Counted from the first letter of the stretch, positions 19,244-29,460 are shown. The stretch: DNA of 64,000 bases from Candidatus Obscuribacteraceae bacterium (GCA_044229845.1 JBGASG010000005.1:96001-160000), one strand, 5' to 3'. The notes: a model not told the origin generated them from the letters alone. A program made the numbers and translations.

Positions 19244-21598
19244 CTAGATGCCGCCCAGTTGTCCCTGGTCAGGCTTGGCTTTGAGCACCAGCTTGTCGTA
19301 CGGAATCGGAGCGCCGTACAGCATGTCGAAACCGAAGCGGTTGATACCGCGAATGGTGTCACGCGACAGAATCACTTTGAAGTCATCCGGTCCGATGGCG
19401 GCAGTCAGTGTTCTGCCCAGCACCATCTTGCTGTCCATGTTGTAAGCGAAGTTGCCGCCCAGGGTTAGCCATTTACAGACTTTCCAATCGCCAGCGAGCG
19501 AACACGACTTAGTACCTTGGATAAATTGGTCGAATACGAATGGGGATTGTCCTCTGACACCTGATTGTGTGTATGCAGTTTGAAGGCGGACGCGCCCCAG
19601 ATTGGCATTCAAAATCGGTCCGCCTTGGGCAAGTCCGAGGGCATCGCCGCTTGAATAGCCTTTAACGGCAGCACCGCCGAAGAGCTGAAATTTAGCACCA
19701 TACCTGTCGTCGCCCACCGCTAGAAGTGGATGGCTGGTGAACATCATCTGCTGCGATACTCGATAACCGGAAGTGATTTTGGTGCTCGTGTCGTTAGTGA
19801 ATAATCTGCCGAACTGTGGTGTCAAACCTAGCAAGGCTGGTTGATCTTGCATCCAGCCTGCTGCCGAACGAAAGTCAACCATGGCGAGAAACGGCACGTT
19901 GGTGAGCGTTTTGTTGTACACGGCCTCGGCAATCATACGAGGACGGCGAATGCCAAACAATCCATCGGGCGTGTAGCGGTTAATGCCCGATTGAAACAGG
20001 ACATTATTCTTGAAGCGATATTTCAACTCGGCCACAAGAAGGTTTGAAACGCTGCCATAAGCTATTTGAGTGCTGAGCCTCTTGGTCTGATAGCGTAGTC
20101 GGAATCCGGCGCCAATTTTCCCCTTGTTCGGATCGTCGGCGCCAGCAATTTGTTTGCCGCCGAACTGAATCAAAGGAGACCAGGAAAATACGCCTTCTTT
20201 GCCTATGGCTTTGTTGAACATGGGACCGACGTTTAGACCGCCCACGTTTATGTTGTTTGAGATGAACGGAGTCACAGGGAAGACGACTCGACTTTCCTGC
20301 TGTCCAACGGTCGAGACGAACTTCGGTAGCGGAATACTGAAGTTGCCCATCAGAAGACGGCCACCCTGAATCGTTACATTTCCCTCGTCTTTGTACTTCT
20401 CGTACGTCATTTTGCGGGCCGTGAATTTGTAGCTCGGTTTGGCTGGCAGATAGGCCTCAGGATGTTGATCCTTCAGGGCGGTTTCTTCCATGGCACTGAT
20501 CGGACCGGCGAATTCGTTTTTGTGCAGTCGGAAGGGCGTCGGCATTGACACTGTTCCCTTCTTGAATTGCAAACCGCCGTTCTTGCCGATTGCTTGTCTG
20601 GCGATGACGGTGGTTCCCTGCACTTCCGTATCCGGATTGGTGATCAAATACTCGTCCGAATTGACTTTGAATCTGAACGAGCTGCCTGTGGTCAGTTGTC
20701 CTTCGCGCAAAATTTTGACGTTGCCGCGCGCATCGATGATCTGCGTGTTTTGGTCGTAGAGAATCGAGTCGGCTTCTAGTTTGGAGTCTTGTCCGGCGAT
20801 GACGGCGACGGCGTTGCCTGTGCCCAGGAAGGTGTTTTTGTCCTGGTCGTACTCAGTGTCGTCGGCAACGATTTGTACGGTGCCTTTGAGCTGAGTGTTC
20901 TCGTCGATCAGATCGGCGGTCGACATGTCTTCCGCAGTACCGTTTTCAGCAGCGACATAACCGGGAGTCGGTTTGAGTGCGGTATCGTCGGCGGTGGCAG
21001 TTTCCGGCACCAGCGAATTGGCGGTGGGCGCGGCGGAATCAGATTGCGCATCAGACTCTGCCGGGGCTTGTGCTGTTTGAGCTGCCGCTGCTTGTTCGGC
21101 AGCTGCCGCCGCTTCGTCGTCCTTGGCCTTTTGTGCTGCCTGGGCGGCTTTGGCATCTGAAGATTTGGTCGGCCAGGCAAATGGTGCGCCTGACGCCGGA
21201 GCCGCTTTGGCGGTTTGCGTCTTAGCAGGCGTTGCCGCTTTTGCCGGTTGTGTCTTGGGTGCCGGTGCGGCCGCCGCTGGCTGAGGCGCGGGTGCGTCCT
21301 CAACAGCAGGTGGTTTCGGAGCTGGCGCAGCCGGTGCCGGCTCGGTAGAAGATTTTTGAGTGGAAGGCTTCAAATAACCGGCAATCGGAAGCAATTCCGG
21401 TTTGGGGTCGCGCGCCGAAGTTGAGGGTGCACTGTCCATGGCGCTGCCGTTGTCACCGGCGAGCTTCGGCGTCAAAGGCAATAGAAGGGTGCCGCCCGGG
21501 GTCGATTTCTCTTTCGATGCCGCATAGGCGTTGCCGGCGCCACTGAAGAACGCGCCGCAGAGCGAAACTGAAATTGCCGTCGTGACTACGAGCTTCAT
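19244..21598 (-). CDS. LptD/OstA-like outer membrane LPS assembly protein
   Basis: Signal peptide, Ala/Pro linker, OstA-like beta-jellyroll (ADSILYDQ...ARGNV), beta-strand-rich C-terminus. Confidence 0.7.
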   Translation of the reverse strand: MKLVVTTAISVSLCGAFFSGAGNAYAASKEKSTPGGTLLLPLTPKLAGDNGSAMDSAPSTSARDPKPELLPIAGYLKPSTQKSSTEPAPAAPAPKPPAVEDAPAPQPAAAAPAPKTQPAKAATPAKTQTAKAAPASGAPFAWPTKSSDAKAAQAAQKAKDDEAAAAAEQAAAAQTAQAPAESDAQSDSAAPTANSLVPETATADDTALKPTPGYVAAENGTAEDMSTADLIDENTQLKGTVQIVADDTEYDQDKNTFLGTGNAVAVIAGQDSKLEADSILYDQNTQIIDARGNVKILREGQLTTGSSFRFKVNSDEYLITNPDTEVQGTTVIARQAIGKNGGLQFKKGTVSMPTPFRLHKNEFAGPISAMEETALKDQHPEAYLPAKPSYKFTARKMTYEKYKDEGNVTIQGGRLLMGNFSIPLPKFVSTVGQQESRVVFPVTPFISNNINVGGLNVGPMFNKAIGKEGVFSWSPLIQFGGKQIAGADDPNKGKIGAGFRLRYQTKRLSTQIAYGSVSNLLVAELKYRFKNNVLFQSGINRYTPDGLFGIRRPRMIAEAVYNKTLTNVPFLAMVDFRSAAGWMQDQPALLGLTPQFGRLFTNDTSTKITSGYRVSQQMMFTSHPLLAVGDDRYGAKFQLFGGAAVKGYSSGDALGLAQGGPILNANLGRVRLQTAYTQSGVRGQSPFVFDQFIQGTKSCSLAGDWKVCKWLTLGGNFAYNMDSKMVLGRTLTAAIGPDDFKVILSRDTIRGINRFGFDMLYGAPIPYDKLVLKAKPDQGQLGGI

Positions 21599-22086
21599 TC
21601 AAAGTCTCCATCTAGTGCCTGCCCATTTCCCTTTTAGCAGGATTGGGCTGGACTAGCTTACCCTACCGGGAGCGTCCCTTCTGTCAACCCTTATAAGGAA
21701 CAGGGTTGCCAGTAGTTTGAAGCATTGAATGGTCGCGGGATTGGCTGCTTTCCAAGAGTAATTAAAAATCGGTAAACTGTATATATAGGTCAAATTGCCA
21801 CCATCAGGCAGCCGGTTTCGTCCAAAAAATTTTCCTGCTTCTGTCAGAATTTCGGAAAACCGCGCAAAGCGACAACTAACGGCGATCATTGCGGACGAGC
21901 TTAGAGACAGCGATAGCACATGTATATGCAAATCAGTCGTAATCGATGTGTCTTTGTAGATGCGCTAGGCATCAGGGGTTCGGCTTTGTTGACAACGCTG
22001 CGCGCTAAACCCTTTTTATGTATCGTCCAAAGCGAAAAGAACATGGCATGCTGTACCTCGGCTACTGCAAACAACAGCGAGGTTTC

Positions 22087-23307
22087 ATGCGCACAGCAAT
22101 GGAGGCAGGCTTGCCTTTGACGAGCGAGAGCATCGCGCCGTTCAGCTTCTTCACCCCGACCAAGATTGTCTTTGGTGAGGGCACCGCATATAGTGTCGGT
22201 GATTTTCTCAGCGAACTCGGTGTCAGCAAACCGATTTTGATCACGGACAAAAACCTGACTAAAGTCGGTCTGCTGCAGCCAATTTTGGAGTCCTGCCAGT
22301 CGGCCGGTGTGCCGGTGGTGGCAACCTTCGACGATGTGCCTTCCGACTCCGAACTTCTCGTCTGCCGCAATGCCATCGAACTGGCCAAGCAAAACAATTG
22401 CGACGGTGTGATCGCCGTCGGCGGCGGATCGGTGATGGACACCGCCAAAATAGTCAACATCGCGCTCTCGCTCGGGGGCGACATTCTCGATTACGAAGGC
22501 ATGAATACCTTCAACGAAAACCTCAAGCCGCTGGTGGCAATTCCGACCACAGCCGGCACCGGATCTGAAGTGTCAGCCGTCGCCATGGTTAAAAACCAGG
22601 ATACGAAAATACTGTTCGCCAGCCGTTTCATGTTTCCTAACGTCGCGGTGCTCGACCCGGCTCTGATCGTTTCGTTGCCGCCGCGCCTGACGGCCGCCAC
22701 CGGCATGGATGCGCTCACTCACTGCCTGGAGAGTCTGTCGGCGGTTAGCGCCAACTATGTGTCGGACGGCACTGCCCTGGAAGCTGTGCGCCTCTTGTTC
22801 AGGTATCTGCCGGTCGCCACCAATAACGGTGCCGATATCGAAGCTCGCTCGGCAACATTGATAGCCAGTTGCATGGCTGGGCTCGCTTTCACCAATGCCG
22901 GCGTCGGCGTTATTCACGCCCTGGCGCACACGATTGGCGCCAAGTACGGCACTCACCACGGCATCACCAATGCAGTGCTTTTGCCGCACGGACTCCTGTT
23001 CAATATCAACGAGTCGGCGCCCAAACTGGCGCGCGTCTGGCGTTATGTCCGCATGTCACTGGGCGCCAACCCGGCCGAAATCTCGTTCAACGACGAGGAG
23101 GCAGTCCATCATCTTATAGAGGATGTGCGGGCTCTTATGATCGAGTGCGGGTTGCCGACCCAACTGCGCGACCTGACGCTGCCTGAACTCGATGAAGAGG
23201 ATTTTGTCGAAATCGCCCAGATTGCGATGACCGACGCTGCTATGATGTTCAATCCTAGAGAGGCAAGCGTCGAAGACCTTGTGCAATTGCTAAAAGGGGC
23301 TTATTAA
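22087..23307 (+). CDS. Iron-containing alcohol dehydrogenase
   Basis: GGGSVMD, PTTAGTGSE, GMDALTH, HALAH, HHG. Confidence 0.93.
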   Translation: MRTAMEAGLPLTSESIAPFSFFTPTKIVFGEGTAYSVGDFLSELGVSKPILITDKNLTKVGLLQPILESCQSAGVPVVATFDDVPSDSELLVCRNAIELAKQNNCDGVIAVGGGSVMDTAKIVNIALSLGGDILDYEGMNTFNENLKPLVAIPTTAGTGSEVSAVAMVKNQDTKILFASRFMFPNVAVLDPALIVSLPPRLTAATGMDALTHCLESLSAVSANYVSDGTALEAVRLLFRYLPVATNNGADIEARSATLIASCMAGLAFTNAGVGVIHALAHTIGAKYGTHHGITNAVLLPHGLLFNINESAPKLARVWRYVRMSLGANPAEISFNDEEAVHHLIEDVRALMIECGLPTQLRDLTLPELDEEDFVEIAQIAMTDAAMMFNPREASVEDLVQLLKGAY

Positions 23308-23310
23308 CTA

Positions 23311-23727
23311 ATGGCGGTTTTTTCCAGCTCTGACGAGCTGATGTCGATCTTGACCAAACTCTGGGACAAGATCAAAGCTCATCCCGACATGTCCAACCAG
23401 ATCACCGAGACGAAATTGATCGTTCAGTTCAAGTACAGAGATCCGGACGGGCTTCTGACCATCGACTGCTCTGACGGCAAAGACCTGAAAGTAATGACAG
23501 GACCTACCAATTTGAAGCCGGTTATCGAGATGTCGATGAAGGCTGACGTCGCTCACGAGTTCTGGATGGGACGCGTTAATGTGCCGGTGGCCGTGATGAC
23601 GGGCAAAATCGCCTCCAAGGGACCGACGCCCAAGGCGCTGGCGCTCCTGCCAGCAATCAAACCTGCCTATAAAATGTATCCTGAAGTCCTCAAAGAAGAA
23701 GGCAAAGAACACCTCCTGGCGAAGTAA
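23311..23727 (+). CDS. SCP2 sterol/lipid-binding domain protein
   Basis: HEFWMGRVNVPVAVMTGKIASKG SCP2-like pattern; 3 bp after the ADH stop. Confidence 0.75.
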   Translation: MAVFSSSDELMSILTKLWDKIKAHPDMSNQITETKLIVQFKYRDPDGLLTIDCSDGKDLKVMTGPTNLKPVIEMSMKADVAHEFWMGRVNVPVAVMTGKIASKGPTPKALALLPAIKPAYKMYPEVLKEEGKEHLLAK

Positions 23728-23857
23728 GCCCAGATAGAACCATCTCAGGGGAGAAACACCACCTGGGGCGCCCGCTCCCCTAATTTCCCGGTAGTGAAGT
23801 GCTTAAATCCTGTTACACTTAGGTTCGGGTTGAGGAGCACGCACTGGTAGGCGTCAT

Positions 23858-23986
23858 ATGGAAGGACTTCATAATCTCATCATTCGCCTGTGCGACTTCG
23901 CATGGATCGCCCTGACTTTGCTCGGGCTGGGATCCATCGTGCTCTTCTGGAAGATTTTTCAAAGCGATTTCGCGCGCAACGACTAA
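23858..23986 (+). CDS. 42-aa single-TM small protein (not in ORF track)
   Basis: MEGLHNLIIRLCDFAWIALTLLGLGSIVLFWKIFQSDFARND*, fills an intergenic gap. Confidence 0.55.
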   Translation: MEGLHNLIIRLCDFAWIALTLLGLGSIVLFWKIFQSDFARND

Positions 23987-24040
23987 CATCGCGCCGCTCA
24001 ACGCTATTGCAACTACAGTCCGCTAGCACAAGCGATCTTG

Positions 24041-24790
24041 TTATAGAAGGATCACATCGTCGCGTTCGCCTGATTCTTGTTCGCGAATGATGCTGGTACC
24101 ACTTACGGTGGCAATGGCGCCATCGACATAGCGGTAGGCACGCACTTCTGTCGTGAAGAGGTCGGCGACGATCTTGCCGCGCCACACATCTTTGCTGTCC
24201 GAAATCCAGTCGGCAACGCCGTTTTCATCGACCTTGGCGGAACGCTTCCAGATGCGACCGGAGGGTTCTTTCAAAGAATTGAGCAATCCGGCATCGTCAT
24301 AACCAAATTCGCGTACCGCATCGCTGCAATATACGGTCTTGTCCAGAAACGTCTTGCCTTCGAAGTCGCGCCCGATCAGCGATGTACCGTTCGGGAAATG
24401 CAGTTCGATGCGGCCATCGATGGTGCGCACTTCTTTGAAGGTCATGGTATCAAATGTGATATCGCCATCGAGGTTGACGGAGATGTCTTTGACGTTCCAC
24501 TGGCGTCCGCTTGCATCGGTCCAGTTCGAGGCTGGCTCGGTGCGAATGAACACCTGGGCGGGATAGCTTTTCATGTAGTTGAGGCTGCCGTCTTCGGCAT
24601 AACGCAGTTCGCGGATCGATCCATTTGGATATCTGATCTCTATAACGCGACCGTCGTCGTTTCTCACTACTTCAACGATCGACTTATCAGTCCGTTCGAC
24701 CGGTACGCCGACCCTCAGTTCTTCTTCGATCTGTTCGACGGCGGAACCCTTTATAAAGGTTGCGCCGAAATTCAATGTTGTTTTAGACAT
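24041..24790 (-). CDS. YD/RHS-like beta-repeat hypothetical protein
   Basis: Repeats such as RNDDGRVIEIRYPNG, YAEDGSL, YDDAGLLNSLKEPSG. Confidence 0.65.
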   Translation of the reverse strand: MSKTTLNFGATFIKGSAVEQIEEELRVGVPVERTDKSIVEVVRNDDGRVIEIRYPNGSIRELRYAEDGSLNYMKSYPAQVFIRTEPASNWTDASGRQWNVKDISVNLDGDITFDTMTFKEVRTIDGRIELHFPNGTSLIGRDFEGKTFLDKTVYCSDAVREFGYDDAGLLNSLKEPSGRIWKRSAKVDENGVADWISDSKDVWRGKIVADLFTTEVRAYRYVDGAIATVSGTSIIREQESGERDDVILL

Positions 24791-24947
24791 AGAACCAAAT
24801 TCCCCCAGGACAAGTGAAAACCAGCCGCCGATGGCGGTGAGCCGTGGCTAGCTTCCCTTAACGCAAGGAGAGAATACGATGCCATTCGTGAGAAAGTTGT
24901 GAAACGGAAACGCCATCCAGGGCGGTAATTACGAAGATGTAGTTAAT

Positions 24948-25613
24948 CTAGGGCTGGATTACCCGCTCGGCGGCGAACAGAAATTCGCAGATGGCGAACA
25001 TATTGGTGATCTGAGCGGTCGGCACCTGTTCCTTCAATTTATAGAAGTCCAGGCACAGCCCGCAGGCGAGCACCTCGACCCCCGCATCGCGAAAGCTGTT
25101 GAGCACTGGCAGCACCTGCGATTTGGCAGCCATCAATTTGACGCCCGAGTTGGCCATGAGAATTGCCCGCGGACGCAGACCGCTTTCGAAGGTTGTTTGC
25201 AAAAAGAGGTTGATTAGCGTGTGGCTCAACTCGGGGTCGCCTTCGCCGAATGTGTCTTTAGCGAGAAACAGCACGGTGCCCGTGCTGCTGCTTACCGCTG
25301 TAGTACCACTTGCTTGAGTCGAAACGGCGCTTCCGCCGCCGCTTGCTGTGGAGCCTGCGCCCGCGCCGCCTGCGCTCGTGCCTGCACCCGCACCGCCGGC
25401 GTTTCTTTCTATGGCGATCCGGTAATGGCCGTCTGCCTTCTCAACTGAAATGCCCGCCTTCAGCGACCCGGCCAGCCGGGTCAGGTTGTTGACGCACACC
25501 TCGTCGTCGACCAGCGCCTCCACCGATAGCACGGCTTGATTGTCGAAGAGTTTCTTTGTGCGAATCACAGGCTCAGGGCAAGTCAGTCCGCGCAAGTCGA
25601 TTTTTTCGCTCAT
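24948..25613 (-). CDS. yedF: Sulfurtransferase-like selenium metabolism protein (TusA/SirA + DsrE domains)
   Basis: IDLRGLTCPEPV; NSGVKL, LACGLCLDF, ITNM; directly after selD. Confidence 0.85.
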   Translation of the reverse strand: MSEKIDLRGLTCPEPVIRTKKLFDNQAVLSVEALVDDEVCVNNLTRLAGSLKAGISVEKADGHYRIAIERNAGGAGAGTSAGGAGAGSTASGGGSAVSTQASGTTAVSSSTGTVLFLAKDTFGEGDPELSHTLINLFLQTTFESGLRPRAILMANSGVKLMAAKSQVLPVLNSFRDAGVEVLACGLCLDFYKLKEQVPTAQITNMFAICEFLFAAERVIQP

Positions 25614-25615
25614 CC

Positions 25616-26683
25616 CTATTTCACCTCTACCAATCCTTTTATGATGTTGCTCGCCGCCGGTTGAAATTCGCCGATTTCCGCCGCGCAGTAGTCGGCTTGT
25701 GTCAGTGCTTGCAACACTGAGTCGACCTCGCGCTCCGGCACAGCCAGCATCAGTCCGCCCGACGTTTGTGGGTCGAAAAGAAGATCGGTAATCGACAATT
25801 CGACGGTTTCATCCACAGAGGCTATGTCTTTATACGAATTGCGATTGGCATAAGCGCCTGCCGGCACGAGACCCTGAGAAGCCAGCTCTGCTACTTGCGG
25901 TAAGAGCGGTATCTCGCTTGCTTTAACAGATGCCAGCAAACCGCTGCCCTTAGCCATCTCGTGTAAGTGCCCGATCAAACCGAAACCGGTGACGTCCGTG
26001 CAGGCATGGGTATCGTGCGCGAGTGCGATTTGCGACGCCACGGCATTCAATTGTGTCATCGTTGCCAGAAGACGAGTGCGTGCCGACGAACTTAGCATGT
26101 CGCCCTTCATTCCCAGGAGCGCCACCCCCGTACCGATGGCTTTGCACAAAATGATCCGGTCGCCGGACTGCGCTCCGGCATTTATAAGGATACGGTTGGG
26201 ATGCACAAATCCCGAGACGGAAAGTCCGTAGATCAAATCGGTGGTCTGTATCGAATGTCCGCCCACCAGAAGCGCACCGGCTTGCTGCACGACTTGCGCT
26301 CCGCCTTCCATGATGCGCTGCGCGACTTCTAGAGGGAAATCGCACAAGGGGAAACCCAACACATTGAGAGCCAGCGTCGGCGTCGCTCCCATTGCATAAA
26401 TATCGGAAAGTGCATTGGTTGCGGCCACGCATCCGAACGTGTACGGGTCGTCGACTACAGGTGGGAAAAAGTCGATGGTTTGAACCAGAGCCAGCTCTTC
26501 GGAAAGCTTGTAAACTGCTGCGTCTTCGAACGATTCAATACTGGTGAGCAATTGCGGCGAAGCAAACTGCGGAAGCGTTCGTACTATCGCCCCCAATTGG
26601 CTGGCACTGATCTTTGCCGCACAGCCAGTGGCTTTCACGCGATCGGTTAAATTGCAAATGTTGTTTTCGGAATTTTGCGTCAT
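25616..26683 (-). CDS. selD: Selenide, water dikinase (Cys form)
   Basis: GCAAK, EDAAV, QTIDFF, NALSDIYAMG, TDVTGFGL, DPQTSGGL. Confidence 0.95.
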   Translation of the reverse strand: MTQNSENNICNLTDRVKATGCAAKISASQLGAIVRTLPQFASPQLLTSIESFEDAAVYKLSEELALVQTIDFFPPVVDDPYTFGCVAATNALSDIYAMGATPTLALNVLGFPLCDFPLEVAQRIMEGGAQVVQQAGALLVGGHSIQTTDLIYGLSVSGFVHPNRILINAGAQSGDRIILCKAIGTGVALLGMKGDMLSSSARTRLLATMTQLNAVASQIALAHDTHACTDVTGFGLIGHLHEMAKGSGLLASVKASEIPLLPQVAELASQGLVPAGAYANRNSYKDIASVDETVELSITDLLFDPQTSGGLMLAVPEREVDSVLQALTQADYCAAEIGEFQPAASNIIKGLVEVK

Positions 26684-26837
26684 CGCAAATCACCAACTCA
26701 GTGACTGATTCGTCTTTTGGAAACCAGCATGAGAAGCAGGATTTGGCTGGTGGCACTTTCTACAAGCATCGAAAAAAACATTCATATTAGTTTCGAGCGG
26801 CAAGCGTAATTATGCGGGTTGTAGCTCTTCTAAAAAC

Positions 26838-26851
26838 ACACTCTTGAGTGT
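26838..26851. promoter_or_regulatory. Palindrome ACACTC-TT-GAGTGT in the divergent selD/RHH promoter region
   Basis: Perfect 6-2-6 inverted repeat. Confidence 0.3.
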
Positions 26852-26972
26852 AGATTGTATTGTCTTCGAAACGCACCTTAGTAAGACGGTTCGTCACCGG
26901 CGGCCGCTCTATTAAGATACGTTTCGTAATCGACTCGCCTCTCCACTTGCATAACCTAAGGGTCCGCGCAGA

Positions 26973-27182
26973 ATGCCGAAGAAAGTTCTCGTGGCTTTGC
27001 CACCAGGCCTGCTTGAGCAGATTGACTATGTCGCTCAAGCCGAGCACCGCACACGTTCCGACTTGATACGTGAAGCGCTCAGAAGATACATTGAACAGTT
27101 TCGGCGTACGCAGCCCAATGCCGCTCCTAAGGGCGGCGCCAAGGGTGAAGTGCGTAGTGTCGCGCTCTTGGGCGAAGAATAG
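26973..27182 (+). CDS. CopG/ribbon-helix-helix DNA-binding protein
   Basis: KVLVALP..LLEQID..A....TRSDLIREALRRY. Confidence 0.85.
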   Translation: MPKKVLVALPPGLLEQIDYVAQAEHRTRSDLIREALRRYIEQFRRTQPNAAPKGGAKGEVRSVALLGEE

Positions 27183-27316
27183 CCTTTTGGGAAAGAAACC
27201 AGCGTGAATGACCAAGCTCTCACTTGAGTTTGGGCGGTTTTTCCCACTATCCATATTGACTCTAATGTCGGGCACCTCTAGGATTGCATGCGTCAATTCA
27301 GGCCTGGCGAGGAAAC

Positions 27317-27640
27317 ATGGCTATTCAGTGGGGAAACATCCTGGTTGCCGAAGTCGTAATCATCGGCACAATCTGTTATTCCCTGGGTTTCGTCAAACTG
27401 CCGAGGTTCTTGCGACGCAAGACCCTGGTCCCGGGCTCGCCCTGGGGCTATTATCCGGATCAGCAACCCAAGCCTGACTCCTACTTCTCCGATAACGACC
27501 AGGATTTCTTGCACGACGTTGCAACCGGTTATGGTGGCATGGACGGATTCGGCGAGTTCGGCGAATTCACCGGCTTCGGCGAAATGGGCGAGTTCGGCGC
27601 GCACTTTGCCGGCGGCGCCATGGGAGACGGCAGCGGATAG
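27317..27640 (+). CDS. Single-TM protein with Gly/Phe/Glu repeat tail
   Basis: GAGGA RBS; N-terminal TM; GFGEFGEFTGFGEMGEFG. Confidence 0.65.
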   Translation: MAIQWGNILVAEVVIIGTICYSLGFVKLPRFLRRKTLVPGSPWGYYPDQQPKPDSYFSDNDQDFLHDVATGYGGMDGFGEFGEFTGFGEMGEFGAHFAGGAMGDGSG

Positions 27641-27723
27641 GCTGGCCGATCGGGGCAGCGCTGAGGCTGCCAACTGCTATATTATTGAACCCTGTGGGGC
27701 AATGCAGTTAACGACCGGTTCTC

Positions 27724-29358
27724 ATGCACCAATACATCTGGTATTTGCTAATTTTCACAGCAGTGCTGGGTTTGCTCGCGCTTTTTCTCCCCAAAGACAA
27801 AGGCAAGCAAGTGGCGTCGACGGTTACCCTGGTGGCCGCCAGTCTGGTTGTCCTGTTGTTTCTCGGCAATATCATGAGCGGCAGTGGTCGGGTGATGAAA
27901 AGCACTGCCAGCATGCCAGCCGACAAGGCTGAGCTGCAATTGCGGCTTACATATGCCATGCAGGTCGGAATGCAAGACCTGGTCAGTCGTATGAAGGTCT
28001 CCGATGCCGAAAAAGCCAAGTTTCTCGGTGAGTCTCAGAACGTCTCCCAGTCCTTCGATGTGGCGGAAGCCGGACTGGCGGAAGCCATCGCCCGTGGTGA
28101 CGAGAGCCCGGTCACCAAAGCGAAAGTCGCCACCCTGCTTTATTTGAAAGAAATCCATCACCGGGCGCTGGAGAACGCGGCGAAAAATCCGTCGACCATG
28201 CGCGCGCCCATCAAGCCCAAAGCGCAGCTGCCGGACACCTTGCGCGATCCGCAAGAGATCACCTCCGAGCTTGAGCAAGACAAAGACCCCAAAATACAGG
28301 CGCTCGGGCGAGCGCTCCATCAGCTGTTCAGCAAAGACAGCATTCCTCACCAGGAGGTGGACAGTCTGACCGCCGCCATCGAAAACGGGCTGCCGTTCGG
28401 CTGGTACAGAGATGGTTTGCTGCGCCTCCTCAATGCCAGGTCGGGCGGCAACGACAGGCTGCACGACCTGATCTCCGAGCGCGACAACGTGTACCTGCGG
28501 ACATTTCTAGGCGCGATTATGGTCATGGTGACTGCCTTTCTGGCAACAATCATCGGTGCTGTAGTGATTCTCATCGAGCTGGCGCTCATGGCGCGCAAGA
28601 AAACACCTGAGCCCGACACCGCCGGACTGAATGTCCCCCTCCTCGATGTCTACAAAGTCTTCATCGCCTGGTTCTGCACGCAAGCCGCCATTAGCGTCGG
28701 GTTGCAGCAATTGATCAAAACCGGCGGTTTCAAGCTGCCGCCCGATCCCTTCAACATGGCGATCGTCACAGCCATCACGTACCTGATAGCCAACGTGCCG
28801 GGGCTTATCTACATCTACATATTTGCCTTGCGTCCGCGCGGGCTGAAGTTCTGGAGCTCACTGAAGTTTCGTACCAAAACGGCTACTCTGGGTCCGGTGA
28901 GACTGGTTTTGTGCGGCTTTCTCGGCTGGTGTGCCTCTTTTCCCCTGGTCCTGGCCATGGCACTGCTGGCCAGCCTGCTGATGGGCTCTCAGGGTTCGGA
29001 AAATCCAGTTATCTCGCAAATCATGTCGGCTGCCAATGCGCCGGATCCAATAGTCATCATGATGTTCTATCTGACTATCGCCGTGATGGCTCCAATTTGC
29101 GAAGAAACGATGTTTCGCGGCTTTATCTACGGGAGTTTGCGTAGCCGATTAGGACCGGCACTGGCTGTGCTGGTGAGCGCCATGATTTTCGGGTTGGTGC
29201 ACTTCGACAAAGGCGGAATATTGGGGCTGATTGCCATCGGTATCGTGCTGGCGTACCTGTTTGAGCGCACAAAGAGCCTCTTGCCCTGCATGATCACACA
29301 CGGCCTTTGGAACGGCGCCATGTTCACCGCGACGCTCGTTCTGTTCGGAACACGCTGA
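27724..29358 (+). CDS. CPBP (CAAX/Abi) family intramembrane glutamic protease
   Basis: APICEETMFRG, FGLVH, THGLWN motifs. Confidence 0.9.
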   Translation: MHQYIWYLLIFTAVLGLLALFLPKDKGKQVASTVTLVAASLVVLLFLGNIMSGSGRVMKSTASMPADKAELQLRLTYAMQVGMQDLVSRMKVSDAEKAKFLGESQNVSQSFDVAEAGLAEAIARGDESPVTKAKVATLLYLKEIHHRALENAAKNPSTMRAPIKPKAQLPDTLRDPQEITSELEQDKDPKIQALGRALHQLFSKDSIPHQEVDSLTAAIENGLPFGWYRDGLLRLLNARSGGNDRLHDLISERDNVYLRTFLGAIMVMVTAFLATIIGAVVILIELALMARKKTPEPDTAGLNVPLLDVYKVFIAWFCTQAAISVGLQQLIKTGGFKLPPDPFNMAIVTAITYLIANVPGLIYIYIFALRPRGLKFWSSLKFRTKTATLGPVRLVLCGFLGWCASFPLVLAMALLASLLMGSQGSENPVISQIMSAANAPDPIVIMMFYLTIAVMAPICEETMFRGFIYGSLRSRLGPALAVLVSAMIFGLVHFDKGGILGLIAIGIVLAYLFERTKSLLPCMITHGLWNGAMFTATLVLFGTR

Positions 29359-29460
29359 CGGCTGGCGGGCACCTTCGTCCCTCACTTCGCGTCTTTCCGC
29401 GCGAATTCGTGATGCTGCGCCCGTTCCGGGGAATATTAAAGCTGAGTTCTGGAGTGAGTA

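Noticed and set aside
21600..22080. ncRNA or small gene in the long lptD-like/ADH intergenic region
   Set aside because: Only short hairpins and unconvincing ORFs; adequately explained as divergent promoters
26600..26700. Selenocysteine recoding in SelD
   Set aside because: The active-site position reads Cys (TGCAAK peptide) in an open frame; no in-frame TGA is needed
26973..27182. Toxin-antitoxin module
   Set aside because: The RHH protein has no adjacent recognisable toxin gene
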